Shown here: positions 13,317 to 25,922 of the stretch, in pieces
How positions within the stretch are numbered: position 1 is the stretch's first letter
Layout: each line of letters opens with the position of its first letter
Made by a program: the position numbers and the translations under genes
Source: Haliotis cracherodii
Taxonomy: Eukaryota
Reading direction: 5' to 3'
DNA: 64,000 bases
Assembly (NCBI RefSeq): GCF_022045235.1
Contig: NW_027266285.1
Span: forward strand, 2,976,001 to 3,040,000
Notes under the pieces: generated by a model
The model's input: only the letters and a program-made list of their open reading frames with translations
Told to the model about the DNA's origin: nothing
Database searches by the model: none

Positions 13317-13885
13317 AACATGTTTGAAATGTTTACTTGAAGATATGAGAAACACTGTCGACCGACTACCATGGGCAACACCTACGTGACGTGTAGTAAT
13401 GTCGTGAAGTACAGTGTAGATAACACGTGCAATGAGGAACACGCAGAGCAACCACGGCTTATCTTGACTTATTTGAATTCGGCTGATAAGATCTGACCCT
13501 TTCAGTATGTCAGTACGATATACATGAGTATACTGTGTCTGTACGCTGTATAAACAAGGCGCGGTCATGTCAGACTCCAAGGTAAAATTACATTTGTCTA
13601 CGGAATTCTCGTTTGTTTAACTGATCGTTGTACTTATCCATGACATAACGTAAGATTATGAAGCAAAATACATCAACCATTGATTATATTTCCCCATATT
13701 CATGTATGTATGGTTGCTCATGAACAGAGGTATTTGCTATTATGATGGTGTGTGTTTTTAGGTGAGGTGTGTTCAGATGAAATGAGGTTTAACGTCGTTC
13801 AAGTTTATTGCGCGTATGTAACCACGTTATGAACAATATGGGTCGTCCCTTAATTAGATCGTGTGTTCGAATCTCTGTCCATATA

Positions 13886-14126
13886 NNNNNNNNNNNNNNN
13901 NNNNNNNNNNNNNNNNNNNNNNNNNNNNNNNNNNNNNNNNNNNNNNNNNNNNNNNNNNNNNNNNNNNNNNNNNNNNNNNNNNNNNNNNNNNNNNNNNNNN
14001 NNNNNNNNNNNNNNNNNNNNNNNNNNNNNNNNNNNNNNNNNNNNNNNNNNNNNNNNNNNNNNNNNNNNNNNNNNNNNNNNNNNNNNNNNNNNNNNNNNNN
14101 NNNNNNNNNNNNNNNNNNNNNNNNNN
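13886..14126. other. Assembly gap
   Basis: Run of N. Confidence 1.
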
Positions 14127-14146
14127 ATCGGCTCTCCCAGTGTTTT

Positions 14147-14314
14147 TATGGGGGTCGGGTAGCCTAGTGGTTACAGCGTTGGCTCGTCACGCCGAAAACC
14201 CGGGTTCGATTCCCGACATGGGTACAATGTGTGAAGCCCATCTCTGGTGTCCCCCGCCGTGATATTGCTGGAATATTGCTAAAAGCGGCGTAAAACCATA
14301 CTCACTCACTCACT
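14147..14314 (+). mobile_element. tRNA-derived SINE family 1, full length, with (CACT)n tail and TSD
   Basis: A-box tagcctagtgg, B-box ggttcgattcc, body gatattgctggaatattgctaaaagcggcgtaaaacc, tail ctcactcactcact; TSD ccagtgtttt at 14137-14146 and 14315-14324. Confidence 0.9.
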
Positions 14315-15179
14315 CCAGTGTTTTCAGACATGCTTGAATTCGGGTCTTCCTCCCATCTACTGAAATACTATTAAGAGCAGCGTTAAACACGGTTCAATGA
14401 TAACCTCGTGTTCAGCAAGTGTGCATGTACTGATGGAAGGCTAGGATGATAATACTGCGATCTCCACGTCATATGATTATGCATGCCTTTATGTTCATAT
14501 ATAAATAGGTATTAGAACACACACATTCAGATGCGACATGTTTTATATCTATCGAGGTATTGGCAACCTATACAATGTTTACAAAGTGATTCCTATCAAC
14601 ACAACTACGCGACATTATCAAGCTGGGACGTAGTTTTTGCACCAGGAGTTGTCGTACAGTCATGCCTGTTGTCAGATAACGGTATGAAGAGTAAGGGAGA
14701 AAGTAACTTCTGTATCTGGACGTGAGACGCACCGAGATACGAGTAGATCATGTCATGATAAGTATTTGTAAAGGTCTTGCATGACTAGTGAGTCAGACTG
14801 GGGTTTCCATGCGTCCCTGCCTGATTTACCTATGGTCTCAAACGCACGCTTGCACGTTTGAAATTCTTTCTTGGTCTAGCGAGTGACTGAGTGTGTGAGG
14901 AAACGTGTGAGTGAGTGCGTGGGTGAGAGAATTAGTGAGTGAGTGATTAAGTGGGTGGTTGTATTGTTAAGGGTGTGGGTGGCTAAGCAAGTGAGTGAGT
15001 TTGGTGTTAGGCCGGTATTTGCAATAACAAGACAGGGGACACCAGAAATAGGCTTCACATTGCACCCACGCGTGTCAGTCTAGACCTGAATACTTCAACC
15101 GCATATTGCTACCGAACCTGAATATTTTGTATTCCTTTTAAACCAACACGTAATGAAATCTTATCTCATGTCTTGTGTA

Positions 15180-15400
15180 CTCGACACCTTGTCTAAATGA
15201 ACATCTGAACACTCCGACAACTTGTCTAAACTGGCACCTGAGCACTCCATCATCTTGTCGAAACTGACATTTGAACATTCCGTCATCTTGTCAACACCGA
15301 CACAGTGCCCGACATCTTGTCTTAACTGACACGTCAGCCACATGACAACTCCAACATCTTATCAAAAACGACGTATGAGCATTCCAACATCTTGTCTGAA
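15180..15400. repeat. Degenerate ~33-bp tandem repeat
   Basis: Recurring ccgacatcttgtctaaactgacatctgaacact-like unit; shows as 11-aa periodicity in ORF 15161-15343. Confidence 0.7.
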
Positions 15401-15861
15401 GTGAATATGATTTTCAATACTTTCCGTGGGTGACTTAAGTGTAACATAGCCTTTATAACCGTGGGTCCGAGGACTGATACTGGGGAATCGAAAGCCTCAT
15501 GTTGCAGGCTTTTACTTCTGTAGTGAAACCCACAACGGCTGCCATGACGTCATGGCGACTCGAACCTACGAACAGGGGATCCTTGCAGGTTATACTGCTG
15601 ACCCCATTCCTTACAATTCAGGATTTGAATATTTCATGTCTCAAGTATATGAACAACGGTTAGTGAGATCATATACATCTCCATCTCAATACAATCACTG
15701 AAGACCTTGTAATCACTGGAACAAGTGGCAATCCCTTGTGTTAGTACTGCATAGCTGTTCTTTTTGTCAATAGCTGCACAACTCATACATATATTTTTGT
15801 GACATGTGTCAAGATTTTTAACAGAATCTCTAAGTTTAAAGCAGGGCTATGTTCACTGCAG

Positions 15862-15982
15862 AAAGCTCCCGACAGGGCCACATGGGGATCTCAAGTAGAG
15901 TTCATACTAACATGCGTAGGATGCGCTGTTGGTCTCGGCAATGTCTGGAGATTTCCGTATCTGGCATATAAGGACGGAGGAG
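15862..15982 (+). CDS. SLC6 exon (TM1)
   Basis: ctgcAG|KAPDRATWG...[20 protein letters not shown]|GTAATG. Confidence 0.92.
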
Positions 15983-18900
15983 GTAATGTATTAATGTTGA
16001 TACATCCCTAATTGATTTATGCTCAAAGTGCGCAGATTAATCATTCTTGTAATAAGTTTTTGCCGGAAATATATTTCCTGGAAAATATTCTTGGAAAAGA
16101 AATATTTTTGGCTGAGGAAGTGCCGTAAAGAATATGTTTTCTCCAAAGAGAATCCCACATACTCACCTCTACGTAGCTAGGCCCAGGGTAATAAATGGTT
16201 AATAGAAGTTTTACATTACATTTTGTAATTATCATTATATTGAAATGACATGGATGCAAGGGACAAGGATGCCCTAGTCGTCTAAGGCACCGTTATACGC
16301 TGGCAGAGTTGCGCCCCTTGGACACTCTAGAAACCTATGACCGTAGGTTCGAATCCTGCTTACTCCCGTTTATGTTTCTAGATTTCTCAGTACTATACCC
16401 ATGCTCCTTTATTTCAGCATCCTCCCACATTGAGCTGACATGCCGTGACATAACTGTTCAAAGGGGCGTTAAACTTACACACTACATTGATGTTAACATA
16501 TTTAGGTTATAATGTACATATAATAACATTGATATTACATTGGCAGGCACATACAAAGGTTCCAACGTACAATACATACATTATTTTATATTAACTGTAT
16601 ATGTACTTTTACAGGTGCATTTCTACTGCCGTACTTCTTGAGCCTGTTTGTGTTGGGAATTCCTCTGTTTGCCCTTGACATCAACATGGGACAGTTTGCC
16701 AGTGTCGGACCGCTCAAAGTATGGCGCCTGAGTCCTATTTTCAGAGGTTGGTCGGATTTTTTCTCGGATCATGACACCCATATGTATTGGTGTTTATGAA
16801 ATATTAAACTTTTGTTGTCACAGGTTACCAATTGCAGCCATAGATACCAACTTGAATACCATAATACAAAAGAGCCTAAGAACTAATTCAAGCACATTCT
16901 GTAGACCTCAGAACTGCAAACATGGCGGTTATCAGCACGATGCCAACTACCATAGATATAAAAAATGGGGGTCCTCCCATTTGCCAGACATCCTGTTGTC
17001 AGACAGTGTAATATGTTTTAACCGCCACACATCCCTTTACTCGTAATGATATGTCTCAGACACTGACACTCCCTTGAAGATTTGAACTTTTTAGTAAAAT
17101 AAACTGTAAATATGTTTTATTCACTGAAGTCTGTGATAGGGTGCTAAGACTACAACCCGGGTCGTCGAAATTAGATTTATCACTTGAATGTCAACTGCGG
17201 CTTTTTGACAGTATGGTTATGACAGTTCTTCTCAATGGATGCGAAGCATGGGGGTTTGAAAACATCTGAACTCTAGAAGGTGTCCATTTGCGTTAAGAAA
17301 ATGTACTCCAGATTTCATGGTATATGGGGAACTTTGAAGGCTCCATCTATCAAACATCGCTTAAATGAGAATAATACAAAATTGCTCTCCGGTTAATCAT
17401 CTAAATTATTCTATCTTGTATACAAATTATTATTTATTGACGATCTGTTTGGAAAATTTAAACATAAATGGATTACATATTTCAAACGAAGTTTTGACGA
17501 ACTTCATGAAAACTTAAATGACATTAACCTACGTGTTGGACAAGTGCAAAAGATAAGTCTTCAAATTACACATTGTTTAGTATCATAAAAATGATTGTCT
17601 AAATTTTGAATATTATTTACACGTACTGCAGGAAAACGTTTGGCGAGTCCAACTTAGTCTTTAGAACTTGTAACAATAATCTACCTATTGAAAGGAAAGG
17701 AAATGACTACTTATGTAAATTATCTGACATAGGTGATGAATTCCATTATTTGTTAAGTTGAATGACTGACAGTACATTGACATTGATGTGGAAGTAAATA
17801 TTAGTATATTCATAACGATTGATGGTCATTATATATTATGTATATGTTATGTATAATACTTCATGTATATAACGTAAAACTCCTTTAACTAAGCAATATG
17901 TTCCAAAGTATAAAGCAATAATAAATCAAGAATAAACGCCGATTTGTATAAATCTTGTTTTTCTTTTGTACCAGTTGTCAAACAGTTGTTGACGACAGTA
18001 CTTGTCTTTTCGGATTCAAGGGAATATATCACACACCTGATGTGCCCTCAACCATAACAGCTGTTGTTTTAAGCTGTCTGACAAATAGCAGATGCCCCCC
18101 AAAATAACAGTTCCCCTTGTAGCATACACAAAAAGGGAGGGCTAGCCCAAACGGAGTAATATCCCCTTACTGTACGTTACACTAAATCATCTCCAGAGGA
18201 ATGATCTCTCCTTCACCAGGTTTGAAAACAAATAATGGGAATAAAAGTATATTGTGTATCAATGTGTATCACAGGTGAGTCACAGTTGGAGCGTAATTTG
18301 TGTGAGTAGTTAATTTTGTATAACCTGCGATCGTTGATAGCGTTTATCTTTTCGTTCATGTATCATATCAAATGCGTTTTACTTCAGAATATACCAGTTC
18401 GATGTCCTTCAATATGGCGACCAGTTGTCTGAAGCGACACAATTTACTGTCCGATGATCACTGGCTACATAGTTCACATCTACGATAAGCGTTCCTTCCG
18501 GCTTCGTTCCGCAGTAAGCTCGCACACCGTGAACCATTCCAGCTCGCAGACCGTAATCAAATCCAGCTCGCACACCGTGATCAAATCCAGCTCACACCAC
18601 TCACTTATTCGTCATATATGTATGTGGTAAAACTTTGATGTCTTTGGCTTTAATTTCACTTTTCTAGGTTATGAAGTATCCCATCCATGAAACTATTCCT
18701 TCCCATTAACAGGTCTTGGTATTGCAATGGTGGCTGTGACATCATTCATCATGATATACTACAGTGTTGTCATCGCGCAGTTTGTTTACTTCCTGTGTGC
18801 ATCGATGACGTCAGAGCTGCCCTGGAGCACGTGTCTTCATGAGTGGAATACTTGTTTCTGCCGCATCAATGTCAACGATACATCGTACCTGAACAACACC

Positions 18901-21900
18901 AACATCAACTGCAGTGAGTGTGCATGTATTGAGGCAGATACATAGCAATTATGACAACGACTAATGAGTGAATGTTTTTAACGTCAGCAGACCCCCAGCA
19001 ATAGCAATGTATGTAAAGAGGCTGGACAAGCAAACTAGTGACTGAAAGAGCAGCAAAGATCCACATCATCGGGCACCATAGCCCACAACAGCCCGCAGTA
19101 AAAGGCGACTATGCTTGTCGTAAGAGGCGACTAACGGGATCGGGTGGTCAGGCTCGCTGACTTGGTTGATGCATGTCATCGATCCCAATTGCGTGGATCG
19201 ATGCTGATGATGTCAATCACTGGATTGTCAGGTCCAGACTCGATTAATTATAGACCGCCGTCCTATAGCTGGAATATTGCTAAGTTTGGCGTTAAACAAC
19301 AAACAAACAAACAATAGCCCGCACCGAGTCTGACTAACAATCTCGGCTATTTAGACACTCATGAGTTAATGGGGCCAAGGGCAACAACAAGTCTTCATCC
19401 AGAATCCCAAAGAGGGGCGTGAACTAATAAAATGATGAGATATACGCAAATCACTTTTACACCTTATCAACCGTTAAATCATGTGCAAACAGATCAGTGT
19501 GTGTTCACATTGTATTCCCACTTGGCATTGCAATCATCAGAATATACCAGAAATATACCATAACGCCTCTTGATCAATAAACAAATACACGTTGTGTTTC
19601 TGCATGTATCTTACCTGATTGTGTGCTTTGTGTAATTTTATGCTGAATAACATTTCAGGAACGGTTTTCCGTTCTTACGTTAATGAATTCAGTTTGAGTG
19701 TGGTGCATTCTTTATTAAAACAAATATTCTCAGTGACGAAGCCCGAACTTAAGGGTACATTAAGTGCGTAAGTTAAACTTAAACGTCCCATCGGCATTAC
19801 TTCAGCCATATAGCAATCTTAAGTGGTAAGTTTTCGTGCAACATGTTTTTTGAAGTCACTACTTTGTACTTCAGCTGATCAGATTGTTGTTCCACAAAAT
19901 GCCACACGATCACCCAGTGAAGAGTATTACAAGTGAGTAATGATTGGGAAACCCTGGCATTCACACAACATAACATGACGTGTTGGTTTACAGGTACTGA
20001 TACTCACACGTTAATAACTTATGGTGAATGTATATAAAATTATATTATCATTTTTGGATTCAAAATTCATGTTTCCTAAACAATTCATGATCAACCTTAC
20101 AAACGCGTATCTGTACATTCGACTGGTAACAGTAAATTGTTCTTTATATAGAGAATCTCACCCGAGTGTCTTTTGATATCAAATATATCAACGAGTATTG
20201 ATATATATGATATCAAAAGACACGAGGGTGAGATTTTATTTATCATCCAACATCATTCTTTCAACATTTTCAATTTGTAGACAGTAATTAGCAGTGTCTT
20301 CAGTGTAAAAAGTACTGAAAACAGCTTCAGTAGCAGAGCCATTAGTGATGTCATTTGATTGTGACGTCATGGTAACCAGTGACGTCACAATGGTCTGCAA
20401 AGCATTGTGATGTAATTTCATTGCAGCGATATCTACAGTGTAGATATCGCTTGATCTCATCCAAGCGATATCTCCTGTGGGAGCCAGTTTTTGATGATAA
20501 AATGCACATGTCGAGCTAATCTAACTGCTTAATAGGCATATTTTTACCTGGAGTCTTCGCCTAATAATCTAAGAAAACTATACTCCTTCAGATGTTACTT
20601 GACCTGAAGCTCATATGTATTCTGTTTGTTTCTCGGGATCTCCACATGTTTACTCTGTTGTATTCAAACGTCCTCACTTGATCTCGGTGTTCCCAGTTTC
20701 CATGTACTGGAAGTATCCGACGGTATCGGCTCCGCGGGGAGGATGAAGTGGGAGCTAGTCCTGTGTAACCTTCTATCATGGACTGTGTGCTGCATCATCA
20801 CCATCAAGGGAATCAAGTCACTTGGGAAGGTACAATAGGAAACATCTTTAATCATGTACACGTTTATGCTTAAATTTATTCAAAACTGGAAACGACAGTG
20901 TGAGAGCTATAGTTTAAGTATTAATTTGATTATAGTAAAACATCAGTTCAGGGTAAACTAAAAAAAACCCTGTCATGTTTTATAGCCTTCGGCCACTGGT
21001 CCTTGGCCTTTTAGAGGCACACCGTTTCTAAATGAATCGAATGAACCAACTAAATTGTCATACTATTTTACCCTTACTTTACATCTTAACTTCGACCAAC
21101 ACACTCATACCGCCTTAACGGCAGGAAAGAAGCTTGAAGAGGAATGCAAGACATGCGACATTGTCGCCATTGTGTCAATAGAAATGACCATTAGGAATGC
21201 GCTATTAAGATGGTTAGCTGTTTGTTTTAAAGCTGAAGGATGTGTGAAATGTTTCGCTACAGGTTATATATGTCTTCACTATCCTACCCTACATTCTACT
21301 GACTGTAATGCTTGTTCGGGGCCTGACTCTGGATGGGTATCTGGATGGCGTCAAGTACTACATCACCCCTAAACCAGAACAACTCACATCTGCATCTGTA
21401 AGTTGCGAAGCAGTATAATTTGTTTACACTATTATAATACTTGGCATCAGTCAGTAATTGACATTGATACTTCTCATCGCGGCCTTGATGTGTGGGCCGC
21501 TTTCCTTGACTGCGTGAGTCGCCATTAGGCCATATTACTTCAGTTATTACATACAAGACATTGTGGGAGGACAAAGGTAATGCTGGCTAATGCCATTTAA
21601 CACTCAGATGAAACCCATGGAACAGTAGTAAATATAGGATACCCATAACGTGTTGCTTGTCGTGCATCACGTGAACAACAGGGCACTGGTATGCGAGTTG
21701 CAACACCACAGGTCCACCCGATCCCGACCAAACACAGCTTATATTACATTGAAACATAATTGTAAATTACCTTTAAAATAAACCATGTAGGTACCCATCT
21801 ATTATAACACATGAAATAAAAACAAATCTTTATGGTTGACTTACTGCCCAATGATATGCCTGCCAGCTGTATACAGAAGGGGTGAGTAAGTGAGTGAGTG

Positions 21901-24900
21901 AATGTTGTTTAAAAGAGCAATCGTTGGGGTAACTGATGCTGACTACCCAATCCAACTGAGTTGAAAGGAGTAGGTACCCGCTCTTACATACCGTCGTCAA
22001 CACAGGGGTGGACCGTTCCTCTTTACACCGTTGAAGTTTGATGAGGAAATTTATCATACACAAATTCGGGAAAATTTACAAAATCTAAAAAAAGAATGTA
22101 ATCAAAATAGAGGTTTGTACAACACAGTTATTACAAACATATGTAGCACATATCATCCTTATAGCGGACGCGTTCTGGAATTCTGGTGCTGTGGTCTGTA
22201 GGTGCTATCGTATCCCAATTGCGTGGATCGATGCTCGTGATTTCAATCACTGGATTGTCTGGTCCAGACTCGATTATTAACAGATCGCCGTCATATAGCT
22301 GGCATGTGCGGCGTTAAACAACAAACAATACTATACGGAAGGGAAGCCAATCATTTCTTGATATATTTGTTTTCATCCCATGCTGAAGGTGTGGGGCGAT
22401 GCAGCTGTGCAGATTTTTTTCTCAACGAGTACCTGCTCTGGAGCTCTGATAGCAATGGCAAGTTACAACAAATTCAATAATAACACCCTCAGGCAAGTCA
22501 CAACAAACTCAGTAATAACAACCTCAGGGAAGGTATAATAAACTCTGTAAGAACAGCCTCTGGGAAGCTACACAAAGTTACACCTGTGGTAGAAACACTT
22601 CATCATGTACATGTATGGTACACTATCCTGGGTACCGATGTTTCGTGAGTGAGTGTTTTTATTAGAATTAAGTCGCAGTTGATTCTGAGCCAGACATTCA
22701 CTGGTCATTCTGAACATGCATTTTAAAACAAGTAAAACTGACTCAAATATAGGTCACTGTGCAAAGTTAAAGATTAAAATATATATCAACCATAACATGG
22801 TTTAAGTAACTCAACGAACCCCGAAGGGACAAAATGATTCTTTATCCCTTTCGTTATCATGATTTATCCCTTACGTAGTATTTTTTAACGGATGTGTTTT
22901 TCAGAGATTCAATTTTGATACCCCTAATCAACTGCCTTACAAGTTTCTTTGCCGGATTCGCAATATTCTCTGTGCTCGGTTTTATGGCGCATACGAAAGG
23001 TGTGGAGGTGGAGGAGGTGACAGCACAAGGTTTGCGGTATTACACATGATATAGTTAGTCGATAAGGATAAGAATAGCTAGTGAAATATAGTTTAATATA
23101 AAATGCACAATCGCAGAGAGAAATCGTAAGATCATTGGTCAAATCCTTAGTGATATTCATGATCATGGGCCTATCTCATGCATATATTATATTGGGAGAT
23201 CAAATAAATATAAATCCGAAGAACGTGTTTCAGGACCCGGTCTGGTGTTTGTTGTGTATCCCGAAGCTCTGTCTAGGATGCCGATTCCACCTCTGTGGTC
23301 CATCCTCTTCTTCATCATGCTGATCACCCTAGGATGGAGCTCAATGGTACGTAAATAGTGAATACAAAGAACTGTTCACAAAATTTCGTCAGATACCATT
23401 CGTACCAAAGTTATAGTTTTCTTTATGTCGCCAAGTTTCGAAAACGAGTATGCATGGTGGCGCGTGGCACGTCACAAACCAGGTGAAGTTTACCAAACGT
23501 CGACCACCGTGTTCGGCTGTTGGCATCTGAAAGTTTCTTGGGCTTCGGTCCTGCCCCACATTGAAGCACATGAAGCACATTAGGTGTTTCCTTAGGGAAG
23601 TGACTTTGTTCTAGATGTGCCTCTGTTCACTCTGCAGCAAAAATGGGTACCCGGTGGGATGTGATGGAAATCTGACTGTTAACCTGCTACCGCCTAACAA
23701 GCCAGCTTGGGAAGTATGATCCCCAGGAAGCTGATAATGAAAATCGCATTAATAAAGTGTTCCTTCTACTGTGAGCGAACATGACAGTAACAGCGGTTAG
23801 CATCGATCTCTGTTAGAATTGTGTTGACTGATGATGACTCAAATGTATAGTTTTTGTAAGCAAAACAACTTAATAACACTGCTCTTTGAACCGCGGACGT
23901 ACCATGACGTGTATGTAGCCATTCGTGTAATCATTTATGAACATACTAGTACTTAAGGGATTCCAATCAAGTGTATTCTAATTCCTTGACAGATATCTGG
24001 AGTAGAGTCCGTACTGACATCCGTCATCGATGTGTTCCCTCAATTGGCACAGGGCAGAAATAATTATCTGTTTCGAATCGGTGTATGTTTGGTCGGCTTT
24101 CTTCTCGGCCTTCCTCAAGTAACGCAGGTATGTTTTTATATGATCATAATGATAGCTATAACAACATTGCTACTACTGTTAAATGTGATGATCACCTTTC
24201 AGCTAAAGAATATCATCATAATGTTATGGTGGACTGATCTTCGTAATATTCATGTTTGCAAAGGTTTATGTCTGTTTTTTTTCTGGAATTGGAACAGGCA
24301 TAATGATAATTGAATGCTGGCAATGCCCTAAACACATAAACATATTTTGCAGTTTACGCGTCTTGCATAGGATTACACGTATTTGATTGTATAATTCGGA
24401 TTCTCATTTGACACACTATGCAGAACGACAGAAGCAGTCTGAGTGTCAACTGCATCTTGTCATAGGACACTGTTCGTCCCTATGCTGCTACTGTTCCTTT
24501 CTTCTTTGTCTGGAAGGGTGGAAGCTATGTCCTAAACCTGATGGACACGTTTGTAGGCGGATTCCCACTTCTTATCATTGGCCTTGTTGAGCTTGTGGCC
24601 GTCATATTTGTATACGGTAGGTTTTATAGTTTACATTACTGCTACATAATAAACATAATCTAAACAATTAGTTTTAAAAGAATAATTCTTTTAGTAGAAT
24701 ATATGAGTGAGTGAGTGAGTGACTGAGTGAGTGCGTGAGTTAGTGAGTGAGTGAGTGCGTGAGTGAGTGAGTGAGTGAGTGAGTAAATGCAGACAAACCT
24801 GGAGACATACATGTAACCAGGGCTAATTTGGAATTCGAACTAACGACATTAGTTTTCTGTAACGCCTACGGGACGCTTGTCTGCACAACGAATTGGGACG

Positions 24901-25886
24901 GCTCTGACAAGAGCCCATGCTGATGTGTATGCAGTTATGTATTGCAACTGCAGAAACTAAACGTGAAGTTTAATAAAAGAGTGAGATTGCGTGTCGTGCA
25001 CATTTTGTAAAGAATACTACTCTAGATCAGTAGGCAAATATAATTAATTTCATGGGCATAAATTTTGCTGCCCTCCTTGCTGATTATATATTTATGCATG
25101 CGAGTCAGGATTTCTCCTCAGACAGGCAAAATTAAGTTTTACTTTAGCTTCAGGTATATCGATAATCTGATATCGTTCAATAATTGTCAAATGGCAACTC
25201 CTTTTCACTGATTCCCCCACAACAAAAAACTAAAAGAGACATGGGAAATTGTCTCATGTGTTACATACTTAGATCTAAGCATACAGATTCAGAGTGACGA
25301 AAGACTATCCATTGACCATCAAGACTGTATGATAGGAGGGGAACTTTCCTTTTCCCAAATTTCCCTTTATATCGAGCAATAATCGAGCAGCTCCATCCTT
25401 TGGTGCCTAAACTTCATAACTTTTGGGAAACAATCGAGTAAGCTCTCTCCACGAAAAATTTCAAAGTCCATCATTCGACTCTTGCTAAAAATTGTTTGAT
25501 CAGGGTTACAACATTTAAAGCCTTACTGACGGATATTTCCAGATTTGTCGCCACCGTGACAAAAATGATGTCCGATGCAACTCCTTATTTTGACTTGTAC
25601 CAAGTGCACACGTTCCTGTGTTTTTGCAGGTGAACAATTGCCTTGCCTTTGTATGTGTTCGTGACGGTTGCCACAGGTGGGACAGAATACGCTCACCTTT
25701 TTGCGAACATCTATTATCATCACTGATTCATAAACACATACCTTTGATGTAACCGTACGATGTCATGATTAATATGGAAAGGCTTTTGATGCTTTTATTT
25801 TATATGACCTGCCATTCTGGTAAAATAGGAACAATGTCACATCCCATTGTATTTTAAAAGACAAATTAATGATGAATTAACTATAA

Positions 25887-25922
<36 letters not shown>

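Noticed and set aside
12785-13340. Poly-Gly/poly-Pro ORFs
   Set aside because: Caused by a poly-G run and an adjacent SINE; no splice or homology support
14150-14225. tRNA gene
   Set aside because: The A and B boxes continue into a SINE body, (CACT)n tail and TSD; several diverged copies occur in the window
13808-14262. ORFs spanning N runs (also 30425-30799 and 47108-47574)
   Set aside because: Artefacts of assembly gaps
24920-24975. Hammerhead-like ctgatg...tgcagtt/aactgca-GAAAC
   Set aside because: A 7-bp stem precedes GAAAC, but the first box is CTGATGT rather than CTGANGA and no stem I partner is present
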